Shown: positions 19,833 through 30,176 of the stretch, in pieces
How positions within the stretch are numbered: the stretch's first letter is position 1
Layout of the letters: every line of letters begins with the position of its first letter
From: an uncultured Acidobacteriota bacterium
Lineage (GTDB): Bacteria > Acidobacteriota > UBA6911
Direction: 5' to 3'
NCBI GenBank assembly: GCA_963809485.1
Contig: CAWEJX010000008.1
Location: 320,001 to 384,000 of the forward strand
DNA length: 64,000 nt
Notes under the pieces: model-generated
Told to the model about the DNA's origin: nothing
Databases searched by the model: none
What the model saw: the letters and a program-made list of their open reading frames with translations, nothing else
Translations under genes and position numbers: made by a program

Positions 19833-21098
19833 TCAAATGGCTTGCGAGGCCCTGGCTTTTGCTCTCCTCTCCAATACAATGGGAGCGCTCTCTTTATAGA
19901 ATAATGCTACAACCAAAGCCACCGCCATGGAGATGGCGCAACCCCAGATCGCCGCGTGCAATCCATATTTATCGGCAAGAATTCCCAACAATATGGCGCC
20001 GCCGGATGCGCCCAGCAGTTCGCCGGTCAACTGGTTCGCTCCAATAATTGTCGCGACAAATCTCGGATCGCCGGACTCGGCCGGAATTGTGGATTGCATA
20101 AGAGCGCAGACCCCAACGCCACCCCAACCCACAAATGCAACCAGCATCAGCAGAAAGAGATTGGAGGGAGCATACAGGATTCCGATGGAGGCAAACACCC
20201 CCAATGCGGCGGCAATGAGGACCATGGGCTTACGCCCGACCTTATCGGACAATCCGGGAACCACAATGCCCCAGAAGATTGCGCCCAGGCCAAAGGCACT
20301 CATTACGTAGCTCATATAGGAAGGATCCAGGCCCTTCACGTTTACCAGATATCCGGGCGTATAGGTCAGCATGCAGATATACCAGCAGAGCAGGAAAATG
20401 GTCCCGATAATGGAAAGTATGATATTTCTTTTGCCCAGCACTTCGGAAATCTTCGCCTTCTCCCTGGCTTTGCCTTCAGCCAGGGCGCGACGCTCGGCCT
20501 CTTCCCGCGTCTCGGGATTGATGAGAATCTTGGCAATCATGATGGAAATAATGATTCCGGGGACGATCGTCACCACAAACGTCCATCTCCAGCCGATGGA
20601 TTTGGCCAGCGCCACCTGGATAATGGGGCCCAGCATGCTGGATATGAGACCCACGGCCACTACCTGCATCAATCCCATATTCAAGCCTCTTCGGCTGGGC
20701 GTGGATTGAGGGATGATGAAGCTCTGCGACACGGGCATGACGGGACCTTCGGAGGCGCCCATGATCAAGCGGATAAAAACCAGCATGACAAATCCGGTGG
20801 CAAGGCCCGTCAGCAGGGAGCAAATCGAAAACACCAGAACGATTCCCGCCAACAAAGCCTTTCTGGAACCCTTGCTGTCCGCAAACCAGCTTCCGAACAA
20901 ACCGACGATGGCCCAGCTGAAAGCAAATGCGGAGGTCGCCATGCCGAGTTGTGCGTTGTTCATTTTAAGATCGGGCAACACATAAACGGACAGGTTTGCC
21001 AACGCGAACCGGTCGAACATGACGAATCCGAATGCCAGGCACAGAGTCAGGACCATCCTATTTTCATAAGTCCAGAATCCTTTCGTCTTGCCATCCAT
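19833..21098 (-). CDS. MFS transporter
   Basis: About 12 hydrophobic segments; FDRFAL, RLIMGASEG, LSDKVGRK. Confidence 0.88.
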   Translation of the reverse strand: MDGKTKGFWTYENRMVLTLCLAFGFVMFDRFALANLSVYVLPDLKMNNAQLGMATSAFAFSWAIVGLFGSWFADSKGSRKALLAGIVLVFSICSLLTGLATGFVMLVFIRLIMGASEGPVMPVSQSFIIPQSTPSRRGLNMGLMQVVAVGLISSMLGPIIQVALAKSIGWRWTFVVTIVPGIIISIMIAKILINPETREEAERRALAEGKAREKAKISEVLGKRNIILSIIGTIFLLCWYICMLTYTPGYLVNVKGLDPSYMSYVMSAFGLGAIFWGIVVPGLSDKVGRKPMVLIAAALGVFASIGILYAPSNLFLLMLVAFVGWGGVGVCALMQSTIPAESGDPRFVATIIGANQLTGELLGASGGAILLGILADKYGLHAAIWGCAISMAVALVVALFYKESAPIVLERRAKARASQAI

Positions 21099-21202
21099 TT
21101 AGCTTGTCTCCTTCCATTCCATGGGAAATAGCAATAGCCAACTATCAAGAACCACTAGGTGTATTTCGAATTTTCCGCGGCGGCATAGTATCACCCAATT
21201 GG

Positions 21203-21762
21203 GGGGACAGGCTACCTGATTCCGGAGTCGGGCACCTCCGGCAAAGCCGGAGGCTTGTAAGATTTGAACCGCTCAAAGCGGTTGGAGGAGTTACGCCGGT
21301 CTTGAACGCTGACTTACGCGGGCAAAAGCCGATGAGGCGCTTCCGATCCCCGCAGGGGCCAGCGCTCCGCGCTGGACAGTTTTCTGCGGCGGCACTGTGG
21401 CAAGCGCCGTGCGGCAAGGAGATGAAGGGTATGAGAAACCGGGCGTTTGCCACAGTGCCGCCGCAGAAAACTCCATCGGAAGCGCCCCATCGGTTTTTGC
21501 ACGCCGATCCTCGCCGAACAAATCAGCGTTTGTCAGCGCTTTTATCAGCGTTTCTCAGCGTTTCAAAATACGGAGCTGTCAAACTCTTTGAGTCCCCCGG
21601 CAGAGCCGTGGGTTTACCAATGTAATCATTAGGTTCGCCCGGGGCAAGCCAGACCGTTGTTTCGGACCCAGCCCTTTCCGCAGCAGCTTCCTGCAGGCTA
21701 TTTCTTTCAGGCGACAAACAAATTCCTTGTTCCCGAATTGTGGAATCCCGTAGCCTGTCCCT
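21203..21762. repeat. GGGACAGGC inverted-repeat pair enclosing element copy D
   Basis: GGGGACAGGCTACCTGATTCC (21203-21223) and GGAATCCCGTAGCCTGTCCCT (21742-21762), 18/21 complementary. Confidence 0.6.
21227..21621 (-). mobile_element. IS200-end element, copy D (395 bp)
   Basis: Same length as copy C and nearly identical to it. Confidence 0.8.
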
Positions 21763-21885
21763 GTATCCGTGAGATAAAATGGCCTCGATTGAAGGTTGGT
21801 GTTGCTGAACTCCAAGCCGATGCAGCTGGGCAATCATGGTTTTGTTGTCTTCATAAACATACATTTTTCATGAGGTGATCAGCCA

Positions 21886-23199
21886 ATGACATCCCGGACT
21901 GAATTAAAAAAATTCCAGGCGGAAAACCTGCTTCTCAAAAAGCAGATTGAGGAAAAGGCCGGCAAAACGGTCGACCAGCTCTATGCCGAAAGAGCCAAAC
22001 GGGTGAGGGACGTAATCGAGTTGAGGGTGCCGGACCGGGTACCTTTCTCGTTCTTCGTCGAACCCCACACCTACTGCGGAATCCCCAATTCGGCCGCCTA
22101 TTACGACCCACTCACCTTCAAGCGGGCGACGCGGAAAATAGCCGTGGATCTGGAACCTGACATGTGCGAGGGCGGACTGCCGCGCTCCGGAGATGCGATG
22201 ACGGAGATGGATGTCAAAACCATGGTCTGGCCTGGCGGCCCGAAACCGCCTGACTTTGAGTACCAGTTCATCGAAGGGGAGTACATGAAGGAAGACGAGT
22301 ACGATATGTTCCTGAATGACCCTTCGGGTTTTATGATCCGGCGCTATCTTCCCCGCATCTACGGAGCCCTGGAACCTTTGAGCAAACTGCCTCCGCTGGA
22401 CAGCATGTACATGGGATTTGACGCACTGACGCCGCTCTTTATCACCCCGGAGTTCATCCAAATGGCTAAACGCCTGGCCAAAGCCGGAAAGCACGCCATA
22501 AAGTTCCGCAAAAACATCGGGGATGCTTATGAGGAGATGGCCCAGCTGGGATTCCCTCCATTCGCCCGGTTTCTGCCCGGCGGGGTGGGCGGAGCGCCTT
22601 TCGACACTGTTTCGAGCTTCCTGCGAGGCATGAAAGGCTCCATGCTCGATATGTATCGGCGGCCCGAGAAACTGCTCGCCGCCTGTGATGCGATCCTGGA
22701 AAGGCGTATCGCGCATGCCATTCCGGCCGACCGCAACGACAAAGACTTTCCTCAGAGAGTCGGAATGCCGCTCTGGAGAGGCGACCCGACGTTCATGTCC
22801 GAGGCTCAATTCAAGAGGTTTTACTGGCCCGGACTGAAAAAATCTCTGCAAACCCACGTGGATCTGGGTTATGTGCCCGTGCCGTTCTTTGAAGCTCCTT
22901 TTGGCGACCGGCTGGAGTGCCTGTCGGAGCTCCCCAAGGGGAAAGTATTGCCCGCGATAGAATCGGCGGATGCGGTCCGGGCGAAGGAGATGCTGGGAAA
23001 CCACAGCGCCCTGTTAGTGCATTGCCCGAACATGTTCAAGCTATGGTCGCTCCGGGACGTTGAATCGTTCGTCAAAGATCTCATTGACAAATGCGGCAAA
23101 AATGGCGGCCTCATTATTGCTATCCGGATACCGGACAAAGCCGAGACCCAAGACATCCAGGCCATGCTGAAATCACTGCGGGAATACAGCCGATATTGA
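21886..23199 (+). CDS. Uroporphyrinogen decarboxylase (URO-D/MtaA-CmuA superfamily)-like protein
   Basis: PDRVP, EYMKEDEYD...DPS, APFD...LRGMKG..LDMYRRPEKL, FMSEAQFKRFYWP, AKEMLG, CGKNGG. Confidence 0.8.
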   Translation: MTSRTELKKFQAENLLLKKQIEEKAGKTVDQLYAERAKRVRDVIELRVPDRVPFSFFVEPHTYCGIPNSAAYYDPLTFKRATRKIAVDLEPDMCEGGLPRSGDAMTEMDVKTMVWPGGPKPPDFEYQFIEGEYMKEDEYDMFLNDPSGFMIRRYLPRIYGALEPLSKLPPLDSMYMGFDALTPLFITPEFIQMAKRLAKAGKHAIKFRKNIGDAYEEMAQLGFPPFARFLPGGVGGAPFDTVSSFLRGMKGSMLDMYRRPEKLLAACDAILERRIAHAIPADRNDKDFPQRVGMPLWRGDPTFMSEAQFKRFYWPGLKKSLQTHVDLGYVPVPFFEAPFGDRLECLSELPKGKVLPAIESADAVRAKEMLGNHSALLVHCPNMFKLWSLRDVESFVKDLIDKCGKNGGLIIAIRIPDKAETQDIQAMLKSLREYSRY

Positions 23200-23228
23200 T
23201 GCAAACTGTATGAGAGGACATGAATCAG

Positions 23229-23322
23229 GGGGACAGGCTGCATGATTCCGTAGTTGCCAGTTGCCAACGGGAGACTCCCATTGAACGGTCTATGGAACTG
23301 CTGAGTCCATAAGCCTGTCCCT
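23229..23322. repeat. GGGACAGGC inverted-repeat doublet (about 95 bp)
   Basis: GGGGACAGGCTGCATGATTCC ... GAGTCCATAAGCCTGTCCCT. Confidence 0.55.
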
Positions 23323-23480
23323 GTGTTGCCATCTGCGTAGGTCGGCGTTACCAAAATGCCATACAAATCATATTAATGCGATAGATCCCAAAATAGGGTA
23401 AGCTGATTTTAAGAGACGCATTTAATGCGCTCAATTTCGGGCTAGAGAGCAATAGAAGTTTCTGTAAGGAGAACTATCCA

Positions 23481-25334
23481 ATGGCAGTCCCTTATGAAAT
23501 AGGCGGATATGTAGGCAAAATACTGCGCGTCGATCTTACGAGCGAGCGCATAAGTGAAGAAATCCTCGACATCGAAATTCTGCGAAAGTACGTCGGCGGC
23601 ACGGCGTTGGGCGCCAAATATCTATATGAAGAGGTTCCTCCGGGCGTCGAGTGGTCGGATCCTGAGAACCGGATGATGTTCTTCACCGGGCCCTTGACCG
23701 GAACGAAGGTCGGATCGGGGATCTTCTCCGTTATCAGCAAGGGGGCGACAACGGGATTGGCCGGGAGTTCCCAGGCAAACGGATTCTTCGGGGCCTTTCT
23801 GAAATTCGCCGGTTACGACGGCATCATCGTCCAGGGCCGGGCAAAGCAATGGTCCTATCTTTACATCCACGACAACACGGCCGAGATCCGAAACGCGGAA
23901 GACCTCGTGGGCAAGGACACATGGGAGACCGAGGATGCCATCAAGAAGGGATTGAAGCGGCAGAGCAGCGTTTATTCCATAGGCCCTGCCGGTGAAAACC
24001 TGGTCCGTTTCGCATGCATCGTCGGCGACCATGGTCATGTTGTTGCCCACAGCGGCCTGGGCGCGGTCATGGGATCGAAGCGGTTGAAGGCGGTTGTAGC
24101 CGAACGGATGCAGCGGAGCATCCCGGTTGTCGACCCGGGACGACTGAACGAGGTTGCGAAGTCCATGTACGAAGCGGCACAGAAGGCCATGCCCACTCTC
24201 TCTTCAGGAGGTACGGCTTCCGGATATCCCATCCTCTACCGGATCGGTCAGGTGCCCGTAAGGAACTACACGACGAATATCTTCCCGGAACACGAAAAAT
24301 TCGGCCCGGACTATCTTCGTACCCGCTTCAATAACACACCGACCAGCTGCTGGGCGTGCCGCTTTGCTCATTGCCGGCAAACCGAGGTCACCGAAGGCCC
24401 CTACAAAGGCTATCGGGGTGAAGAGCCCGAGTACGAGGTGTTGGCCGGGATGAGTGCGGCGATTGGCATAACCGACCCCGGCGCGACGGTTATGCTTGGG
24501 AACGAAATCGACCGGATGGGGCTGGAGGGGAACGAATCGAGCTACACGATTGCCTGGATGATGGAATGTTATGAGAACGGGTTCTTGAGCAAGGGAGACT
24601 TTGACGGACTCGAGATGACGTGGGGAAATGCCGAATCGACGCTTGCCATGCTGAAGAAGATCGCCTATCGGGAGGGCTGTGGCAATATTTATGCGGAAGG
24701 CCTGAAGAGAGTGGCGGAGAGGTTTGGCGGCGAGGCACAGAATTGCGCCGTCTATACCCTGAAGGCTGCAACTCCCCGCGGGCACGACCACCGGGCTCGC
24801 TGGACGGAGCTGGTCGACACCTGCACATCGAATACCGGCACGATCGAGATTGGCCCCGGAGTTCCCTTCATCAAGGAGCTGGGACAGACGCCGCCCAAGG
24901 ATCCCTTTGATGCGATGGATGTCTCGACCATGAACGCCGTCGTAAACGGGCGGCGTGTTTTTGAGGATTCCCTGGCTGTCTGCATCCTCACCAGCCACGA
25001 TTTTCAGATGGAGGTTGAAGCCCTCAACGCCGTAACCGGCCTGGATTATGGCTTGCAGGAGGCGTTTGACGTTGGACGGCGCGCCGTTAATCAGCTTCGG
25101 GTTTTCAACTTCCGCCACGGGCTGACAAAAGAAATGGAGGCTCCCTCTGTCCGTTATGCCTCGGTGCCGGTGGATGGCCCGCAGGCGGGCAAGGCCATCA
25201 TGCCCCACTGGGAAGCGCTGCGGAGCAACTACTACCAAAAAATGGGATGGGATCCCGAAACGGGCAAGCCGCTGCCTGAGACTCTGGAAAAGCTCGGGCT
25301 TGGACACCTCATTCCCGACCTTGGTAATTCCTGA
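23481..25334 (+). CDS. aor: Aldehyde:ferredoxin oxidoreductase family protein (W/Mo-bispterin)
   Basis: GYVGKILRVDL, GPLTGT, LKFAGYDGI, IGPAGEN, GLGAVMGSKRLKA, CWACRFAHC, EPEYE, YYQKMGWD..G.P. Confidence 0.9.
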   Translation: MAVPYEIGGYVGKILRVDLTSERISEEILDIEILRKYVGGTALGAKYLYEEVPPGVEWSDPENRMMFFTGPLTGTKVGSGIFSVISKGATTGLAGSSQANGFFGAFLKFAGYDGIIVQGRAKQWSYLYIHDNTAEIRNAEDLVGKDTWETEDAIKKGLKRQSSVYSIGPAGENLVRFACIVGDHGHVVAHSGLGAVMGSKRLKAVVAERMQRSIPVVDPGRLNEVAKSMYEAAQKAMPTLSSGGTASGYPILYRIGQVPVRNYTTNIFPEHEKFGPDYLRTRFNNTPTSCWACRFAHCRQTEVTEGPYKGYRGEEPEYEVLAGMSAAIGITDPGATVMLGNEIDRMGLEGNESSYTIAWMMECYENGFLSKGDFDGLEMTWGNAESTLAMLKKIAYREGCGNIYAEGLKRVAERFGGEAQNCAVYTLKAATPRGHDHRARWTELVDTCTSNTGTIEIGPGVPFIKELGQTPPKDPFDAMDVSTMNAVVNGRRVFEDSLAVCILTSHDFQMEVEALNAVTGLDYGLQEAFDVGRRAVNQLRVFNFRHGLTKEMEAPSVRYASVPVDGPQAGKAIMPHWEALRSNYYQKMGWDPETGKPLPETLEKLGLGHLIPDLGNS

Positions 25335-25589
25335 GAAAAGCCTTAACCGCCAAAGGCAAGAGCCGTGGCGAATGATCAATGAGCTACAGGTTTATTTTCA
25401 AGCAGGAATGCGGCACTTTTGATGCGGAATTGCCGGCGCGAATCTTTGTATCATTATGTGGCACCAATGTCGTAATAGTGACAGGGCGGGGTGAGTTGAG
25501 TCGTGCTGCGAGAGAATCGGGACAAGATCTGGAGCAATCTGACGAACGTCTGTAAGGAAATCCGACGATGCGAAATTTTTGCCCAAAGC

Positions 25590-26247
25590 CTATATTTTTT
25601 CTGCTTTGACAATCCAGTTTGAGAAGAACTGTTGTTCCCCATTGTGATCCCAATACCCTTCGCTTTTGCTGCGCGAAACAGCGCGAAATCCTTCGAGGAA
25701 TTCATCCAGATCCGCTTCGTCCGCAAAATAGTGAATTTCTCCGGGTGTAATGGATTTGGCGCACCGATAGGTATGCGGAGCCACCATTTCGCCAAAACCA
25801 TATTTGCCATCCATCCGGCTGGGACAGGTGAAGAAAAAGATCCCCTTCTGATGGAGCAGTTTGTGAACGTGTCGCATTGCCTGCATGAATTGGGCGCGCA
25901 ATCCATGGTAGAGAACATTGTAGCTGAGCACCACGTCAAAAAAATTAGATGGCAAGGTCTGCATCCATGGCGTCGCAAACGCGCGTATCGATGGCCAACT
26001 GGAGAAGGTTTGCCCAGTCCCGAAGGTGTTGAATAGCGGTTGGCGAAGGGTCGGTAGCCGTTACGGAAAAACCCGCAGCGGCAAAGGCAATGGCGTGGCG
26101 CCCGAGACCGCAGCCCAAGTCCAGGATCCTGGGCATATCCACTGGCGAAAGGGAGGCAATGAGATCCGTAACCTCCGGCGCAGGAGTTTTCCACCAGGCA
26201 TGGTTCTCGGTATCGGACCAAAAGGCTTCCCAAACGCTCTCAGCCAT
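25590..26247 (-). pseudogene. Class I SAM-dependent methyltransferase with one frameshift near 25960
   Basis: ILDLGCGLGRHA in ORF 25945-26274; continues as LPSNFFDVVLSYNVLYH in ORF 25590-25964. Confidence 0.78.
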
Positions 26248-26567
26248 GGATTTATTCTCTGTTTGAATAGACATAACTGATTGGTTCCAGTATTGCGGCC
26301 GGCGTGGAGCATTTTCCAGCCAGGCACGGCTAAAGAGCGGCCGACCGCGAAATCTTTTCTCGACACAAGAATGATCCGGCCTATGATAATCTCAAACAGC
26401 GCATCAGTCTTTCAAAATTCACAATAAGGATCAGCGGGTAACAGCTTCCATCCGGGTCTTACCGTGAACTCGATGGTCACCATATATGTTGCTTCACCTC
26501 AGCATTCGATTCTGAAGTTTGTCCAAGCAGTTTTCACCAGCATCTTCTTTTCGAGAGGAGAGTATCG

Positions 26568-27191
26568 ATGAGCAGCAAGAAAAGCACAACCCGAAGGGCG
26601 TTCGTCCAGGATGTGTCAGCAGGCACCGCGGGGATGGCCTTCGTCGGCGCTTTAGCCCAACTGAATGCTTCCGCCTCGGCTCAGGAAGCCGGGAAGGAGG
26701 CCAGCAAAATGGTAAGCCTGGAACAACTAAAAAACGTCCTGCATGGATCAAACATCGTGGAACTAAAGCCGTGGAGATCCATCCACAAGAGCATCACAAT
26801 GCCGATGATAACGGCTCTGGGTGAGAAAGACATCCCGGGCTCCAAACTGGCGATTGGTTTTGCGTACGTCGAAAAGCCGGACTTGTTGGGAGTGGAAACC
26901 CACAAGCACAATAAGCGCGACCAGTGGATATTCCTTTTCGGCGCCAGGAACTTTGTGGATTTCGATGCCGATGTTGAATTCGTGATAAATAATCAGGTCA
27001 ACAAAATCAACTACCCCTTCTACGCCTATATCCCGGCAGGCATGTACCATATGCCGCTAAACGTAACCCGTGTCGGCAAACCCCTTATCTTCATTGACGC
27101 CAGGATAGCCGGCGACGATGATCCCCCGGTGTTCCTTGACAAGAACATTCCCAATAAAGGCCCCATGATACCTGCCAAGAAGAAATCCTGA
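26568..27191 (+). CDS. Cupin-like protein with twin-arginine signal peptide
   Basis: TRRAFVQ...ASA leader; HKH motif 1 and YIPAGMYHMP motif 2; paralogue of 55799-56275. Confidence 0.75.
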   Translation: MSSKKSTTRRAFVQDVSAGTAGMAFVGALAQLNASASAQEAGKEASKMVSLEQLKNVLHGSNIVELKPWRSIHKSITMPMITALGEKDIPGSKLAIGFAYVEKPDLLGVETHKHNKRDQWIFLFGARNFVDFDADVEFVINNQVNKINYPFYAYIPAGMYHMPLNVTRVGKPLIFIDARIAGDDDPPVFLDKNIPNKGPMIPAKKKS

Positions 27192-27553
27192 CCTCAGGTC
27201 TATTGTGGAGAGCCAGCGTGGGATTAGCTTTCATCAGATCGGACAGTATCCAGTTTAAAAATGGAAGACTGCAAACCCGGAGGCACCATTCCTACTTTCA
27301 ATCCGAAATATGCGTCTCTTCCGGTAGCAGGAGATTTGCCCGGACAGACTGCGGCTTCTTGCAGAGCTCTTCCCTTCCGTGCATCCGATCAGATTTCGCA
27401 GTGATCAGCGGCGCAGCCGGAAGGGTTCCGAGATTCGCGCGCAATTCTCCGAGTCGATGAGGGTTTGCCCTGCCCAGCGCTGGAAAATCGTTGCCAGGTT
27501 TGTGTATGAAAACAAACTCAGCGATTTGGGCAGGGCATTTACAGATAAAGATA

Positions 27554-27946
27554 TCAGAACCTGATTACTTTAGGTTCTCCTCCAAAACTGTAAAAAGTTG
27601 CTGTGGCATTTTTGAGATATAAAACCTGGTTATTGCCGTCATCAGCCGAATACATAGACTTCAGTTGCGGGTATGCATCCAGCATCTTCTGTCTGACTTC
27701 AGTCCTGTCATCCTCAACAGCAACACCCTCGACGCGGACCCATTTGTCACCCGACATGCCGCAAATTTCTATCTTGGGATTTTTCATGATCTGTTTGGCG
27801 ACATTCTTGGCTTTTGCGGTCTGGATATAAAGCCTATTCTCAGAGATCAGCACTGTACCGAATGGCCGCACTCTAGGCTGGTCTCCATCGATCGTCGCGA
27901 TATAGTAGGTGCCGCACTTTTTAAGAAACTCATAGACTTCTTGCAT
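27554..27946 (-). CDS. Pyridoxamine 5'-phosphate oxidase-like FMN-binding protein
   Basis: YYIATIDGDQPRVRPF, K.VAKQIMKNPKIEI, WVRVEG. Confidence 0.82.
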   Translation of the reverse strand: MQEVYEFLKKCGTYYIATIDGDQPRVRPFGTVLISENRLYIQTAKAKNVAKQIMKNPKIEICGMSGDKWVRVEGVAVEDDRTEVRQKMLDAYPQLKSMYSADDGNNQVLYLKNATATFYSFGGEPKVIRF

Positions 27947-28361
27947 GGATCGTTCCTCCGTTTTTCAGAAATTGAATTTTCCCCAACAAAAAAAGTGAAT
28001 ATCAAGCTCAATGATTTCAGCCATTCAGGTCACAATTTTACTGTGTCTCGGCTTTGCAGCTTCCAGAAAACACCCCTTTTGCTGGCAGATATTTTGTGCG
28101 CATTCGTGACCTCAACCTTCTTCAGGCTATGCGAGCATAACGTTTCAGGGCTTTTCCACGTTGTTCCAGTGTATTGAATCCCGTTTCAGGATTCCGCCAG
28201 TCCCGCATCGCCTAACAGGAGCGAAGACAATCATTTCCCGTCAGGGTGTCAGGTTATTTCCCGGAGAAGCATGCTATTGGAATTTGAGGACAAACTCAAG
28301 GTTGTTCAAAAACTGGCACCGCGATTCGGAAAAACTGGAAAGACAGAAAGACTCAAAAGAC

Positions 28362-28459
28362 TGGACACCCATTTCCTTTCCAAGAAGGGAATGACATACC
28401 AGGATATAGATGATCAAAGGATGGACACCCATGTCCGGACTGCACCCATTTCCTTTCCA
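28362..28459. repeat. Three GGACACCCAT-type short repeats upstream of the RAYT
   Basis: TGGACACCCATTTCCTTTCCA (28362), TGGACACCCATGTCC (28422), CACCCATTTCCTTTCCA (28443). Confidence 0.55.
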
Positions 28460-28536
28460 CCTATTTCCAATTCATCAGTCGGATTTTTTGGCACATACCA
28501 TGGATTCACCATTAGATGTATCGAAAGGAGTGAACC

Positions 28537-29607
28537 ATGACTATGCCACGAAGCAAATATGTCCAGGAAGGACAAGATGGCGTCTATCACTGCTTCAGCC
28601 GCTGCGTCCGCCGCGCGTTTCTATATGGATTCGATCCACACTCCGGCCGCGACTTCTCCCACCGCAAAGCATGGTTGGTCGACAGGTTACGGTTTCTCTC
28701 CGCCATTTTTGCCATCGATGTCTGTGCTTTCGCCGTCATGCAAAACCACTTCCACGTCATTCTTCGTATCTGCCTCGAAATCGCCGCCGCCTGGTCCGAT
28801 CGCGAGGTGGCCATCCGATGGCTTACCCTCTTCCCTATACGGCACGCACCCCCTTCTGAAGCCCAGATCTGCGCCCTGGCCGATTGCCCCGAACGTATCG
28901 CCGTATTGCGCAAACGACTCTGCAGCCTCAGCTGGTTTATGGGCCGCCTCAACGAATTTATCGCCCGAGCCGCTAATAAAGAAGATAACGTCAAGGGCCG
29001 ATTCTGGGAATCCCGATTCAAATGTCAGGCCCTGCTCGACGAAGCTGCCATTGCCGCCTGTATGGTTTATGTGGATCTGAATCCCATCCGTGCCGGCCTG
29101 GCCCCAACTCCCGAAGAAAGCGACTTCACCAGCATTCAGGAACGGATTCGCGCCTGGCAGAACGAAATGACCAGCAAAGCTCTGATAACCAGCGAGTTAA
29201 CTCAGCACAAACCGGACGATTCTTCCGCGGAGAACATGCCAACGTCGGAAGACATAACGGGCATTCCCGGTTCAATTACCGAAGCTATCCCTGTCGGCAC
29301 TCTCAACCCCTCATCCCTTTGGCTGTGTCCCATTCAATCAGATACCCACCGTCGCGGCATCTTGCAGATGACTGAAGCCGATTACTTCAATCTGGTAGAT
29401 CGGTCGGGGCGCCTATTGCGGGCTGACAAACGCGGAGCCATTGATCCCCAGCTTGCACCTATTCTGCTGCGCATTGGAGCCAATCCCCAAGCCTGGATAG
29501 ATACAATTTCCCGTTTCGGTCCGAAATTCCGTCTCGCGGCAGGCCAAATTTCCAGCCTGGGCGGATCCTGCTGCAGGTCAGATAGGGACCGCAGCTGCAT
29601 ACTTTAA
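28537..29607 (+). mobile_element. REP-associated tyrosine (Y1 HUH) transposase, C-terminus truncated near 29555
   Basis: YHCFSRCVRR, FAVMQNHFHV (HUH), GRFWESRF, YVDLNPIRAG; the last codons overlap an unrelated TonB fragment. Confidence 0.85.
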
Positions 29608-29875
29608 CGATTACAGATACCGGCGCCGTCCGGTGGAGAATATGTCCCTGGGCCGGATCTTCCGGCTGATGGAAGGGGTCAGCCTCAATATCAGGGCGGA
29701 GTTTACCAACATCTTCAATCGCATACAGCCGAACGATCCCTCCTCGGGCAATGCTTTGTCGACGCAGGTCAAAGACCCGGTGACAGGCAAACCGCTGGGC
29801 GGCTTCGGTTACATCGACACCGCAAGCGCCGGAGCTCCCCGTGGGGGCATGATCGTCGCGCGGCTACAATTTTAG
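29552..29875 (+). pseudogene. 3' remnant of a TonB-dependent receptor gene
   Basis: PAWADPAAGQIGTAAAYFNDYRYRRRPVENMSLGR...IRAEFTNIFNR...PRGGMIVARLQF*; hairpin follows at about 29891-29919. Confidence 0.75.
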
Positions 29876-30176
29876 ATAGCAGCTCCAAACGCCTCGTCGC
29901 CGCCTTGCGGCGGCGAGGCACTCCAATATCACCGTTCCCTCGATATCAAATGTTTTATGGGGTAAATCCAATGAAACTCCTGCCCCGGATCGGGGGCAGC
30001 TCCGCCATTGCAGGGCGCACCCTTTGCATGGCCGGGTTGTTCAACGTAAGGGCTGCTACCCTCGCGGCAGGGAGCCTTAATGGCCGGCGCCCGGGCTCCT
30101 TACGCAATGCTACCGCCGGCGCCGCGACAGGTGGTAGGATACGCTAAGTCTATCCAACAAGAGCAAGGAGGGTTCC

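Noticed and set aside
23197-23199. Other TGA stops (23199, 25334, 27191, 48589, 49637, 51558) as Sec codons
   Set aside because: The proteins look complete at these stops, with no redox-motif context or evident downstream homology.
21886-23199. Calling the URO-D-like genes hemE or a corrinoid methyltransferase
   Set aside because: They lack the HemE RQAGR motif and an evident HxC zinc motif, and there is no tetrapyrrole or corrinoid gene context.
29960-30150. Hairpin-rich leader before the LinD-like gene as a riboswitch
   Set aside because: Several GC-rich hairpins are possible but no known aptamer motif was recognised; it could be a gene remnant.
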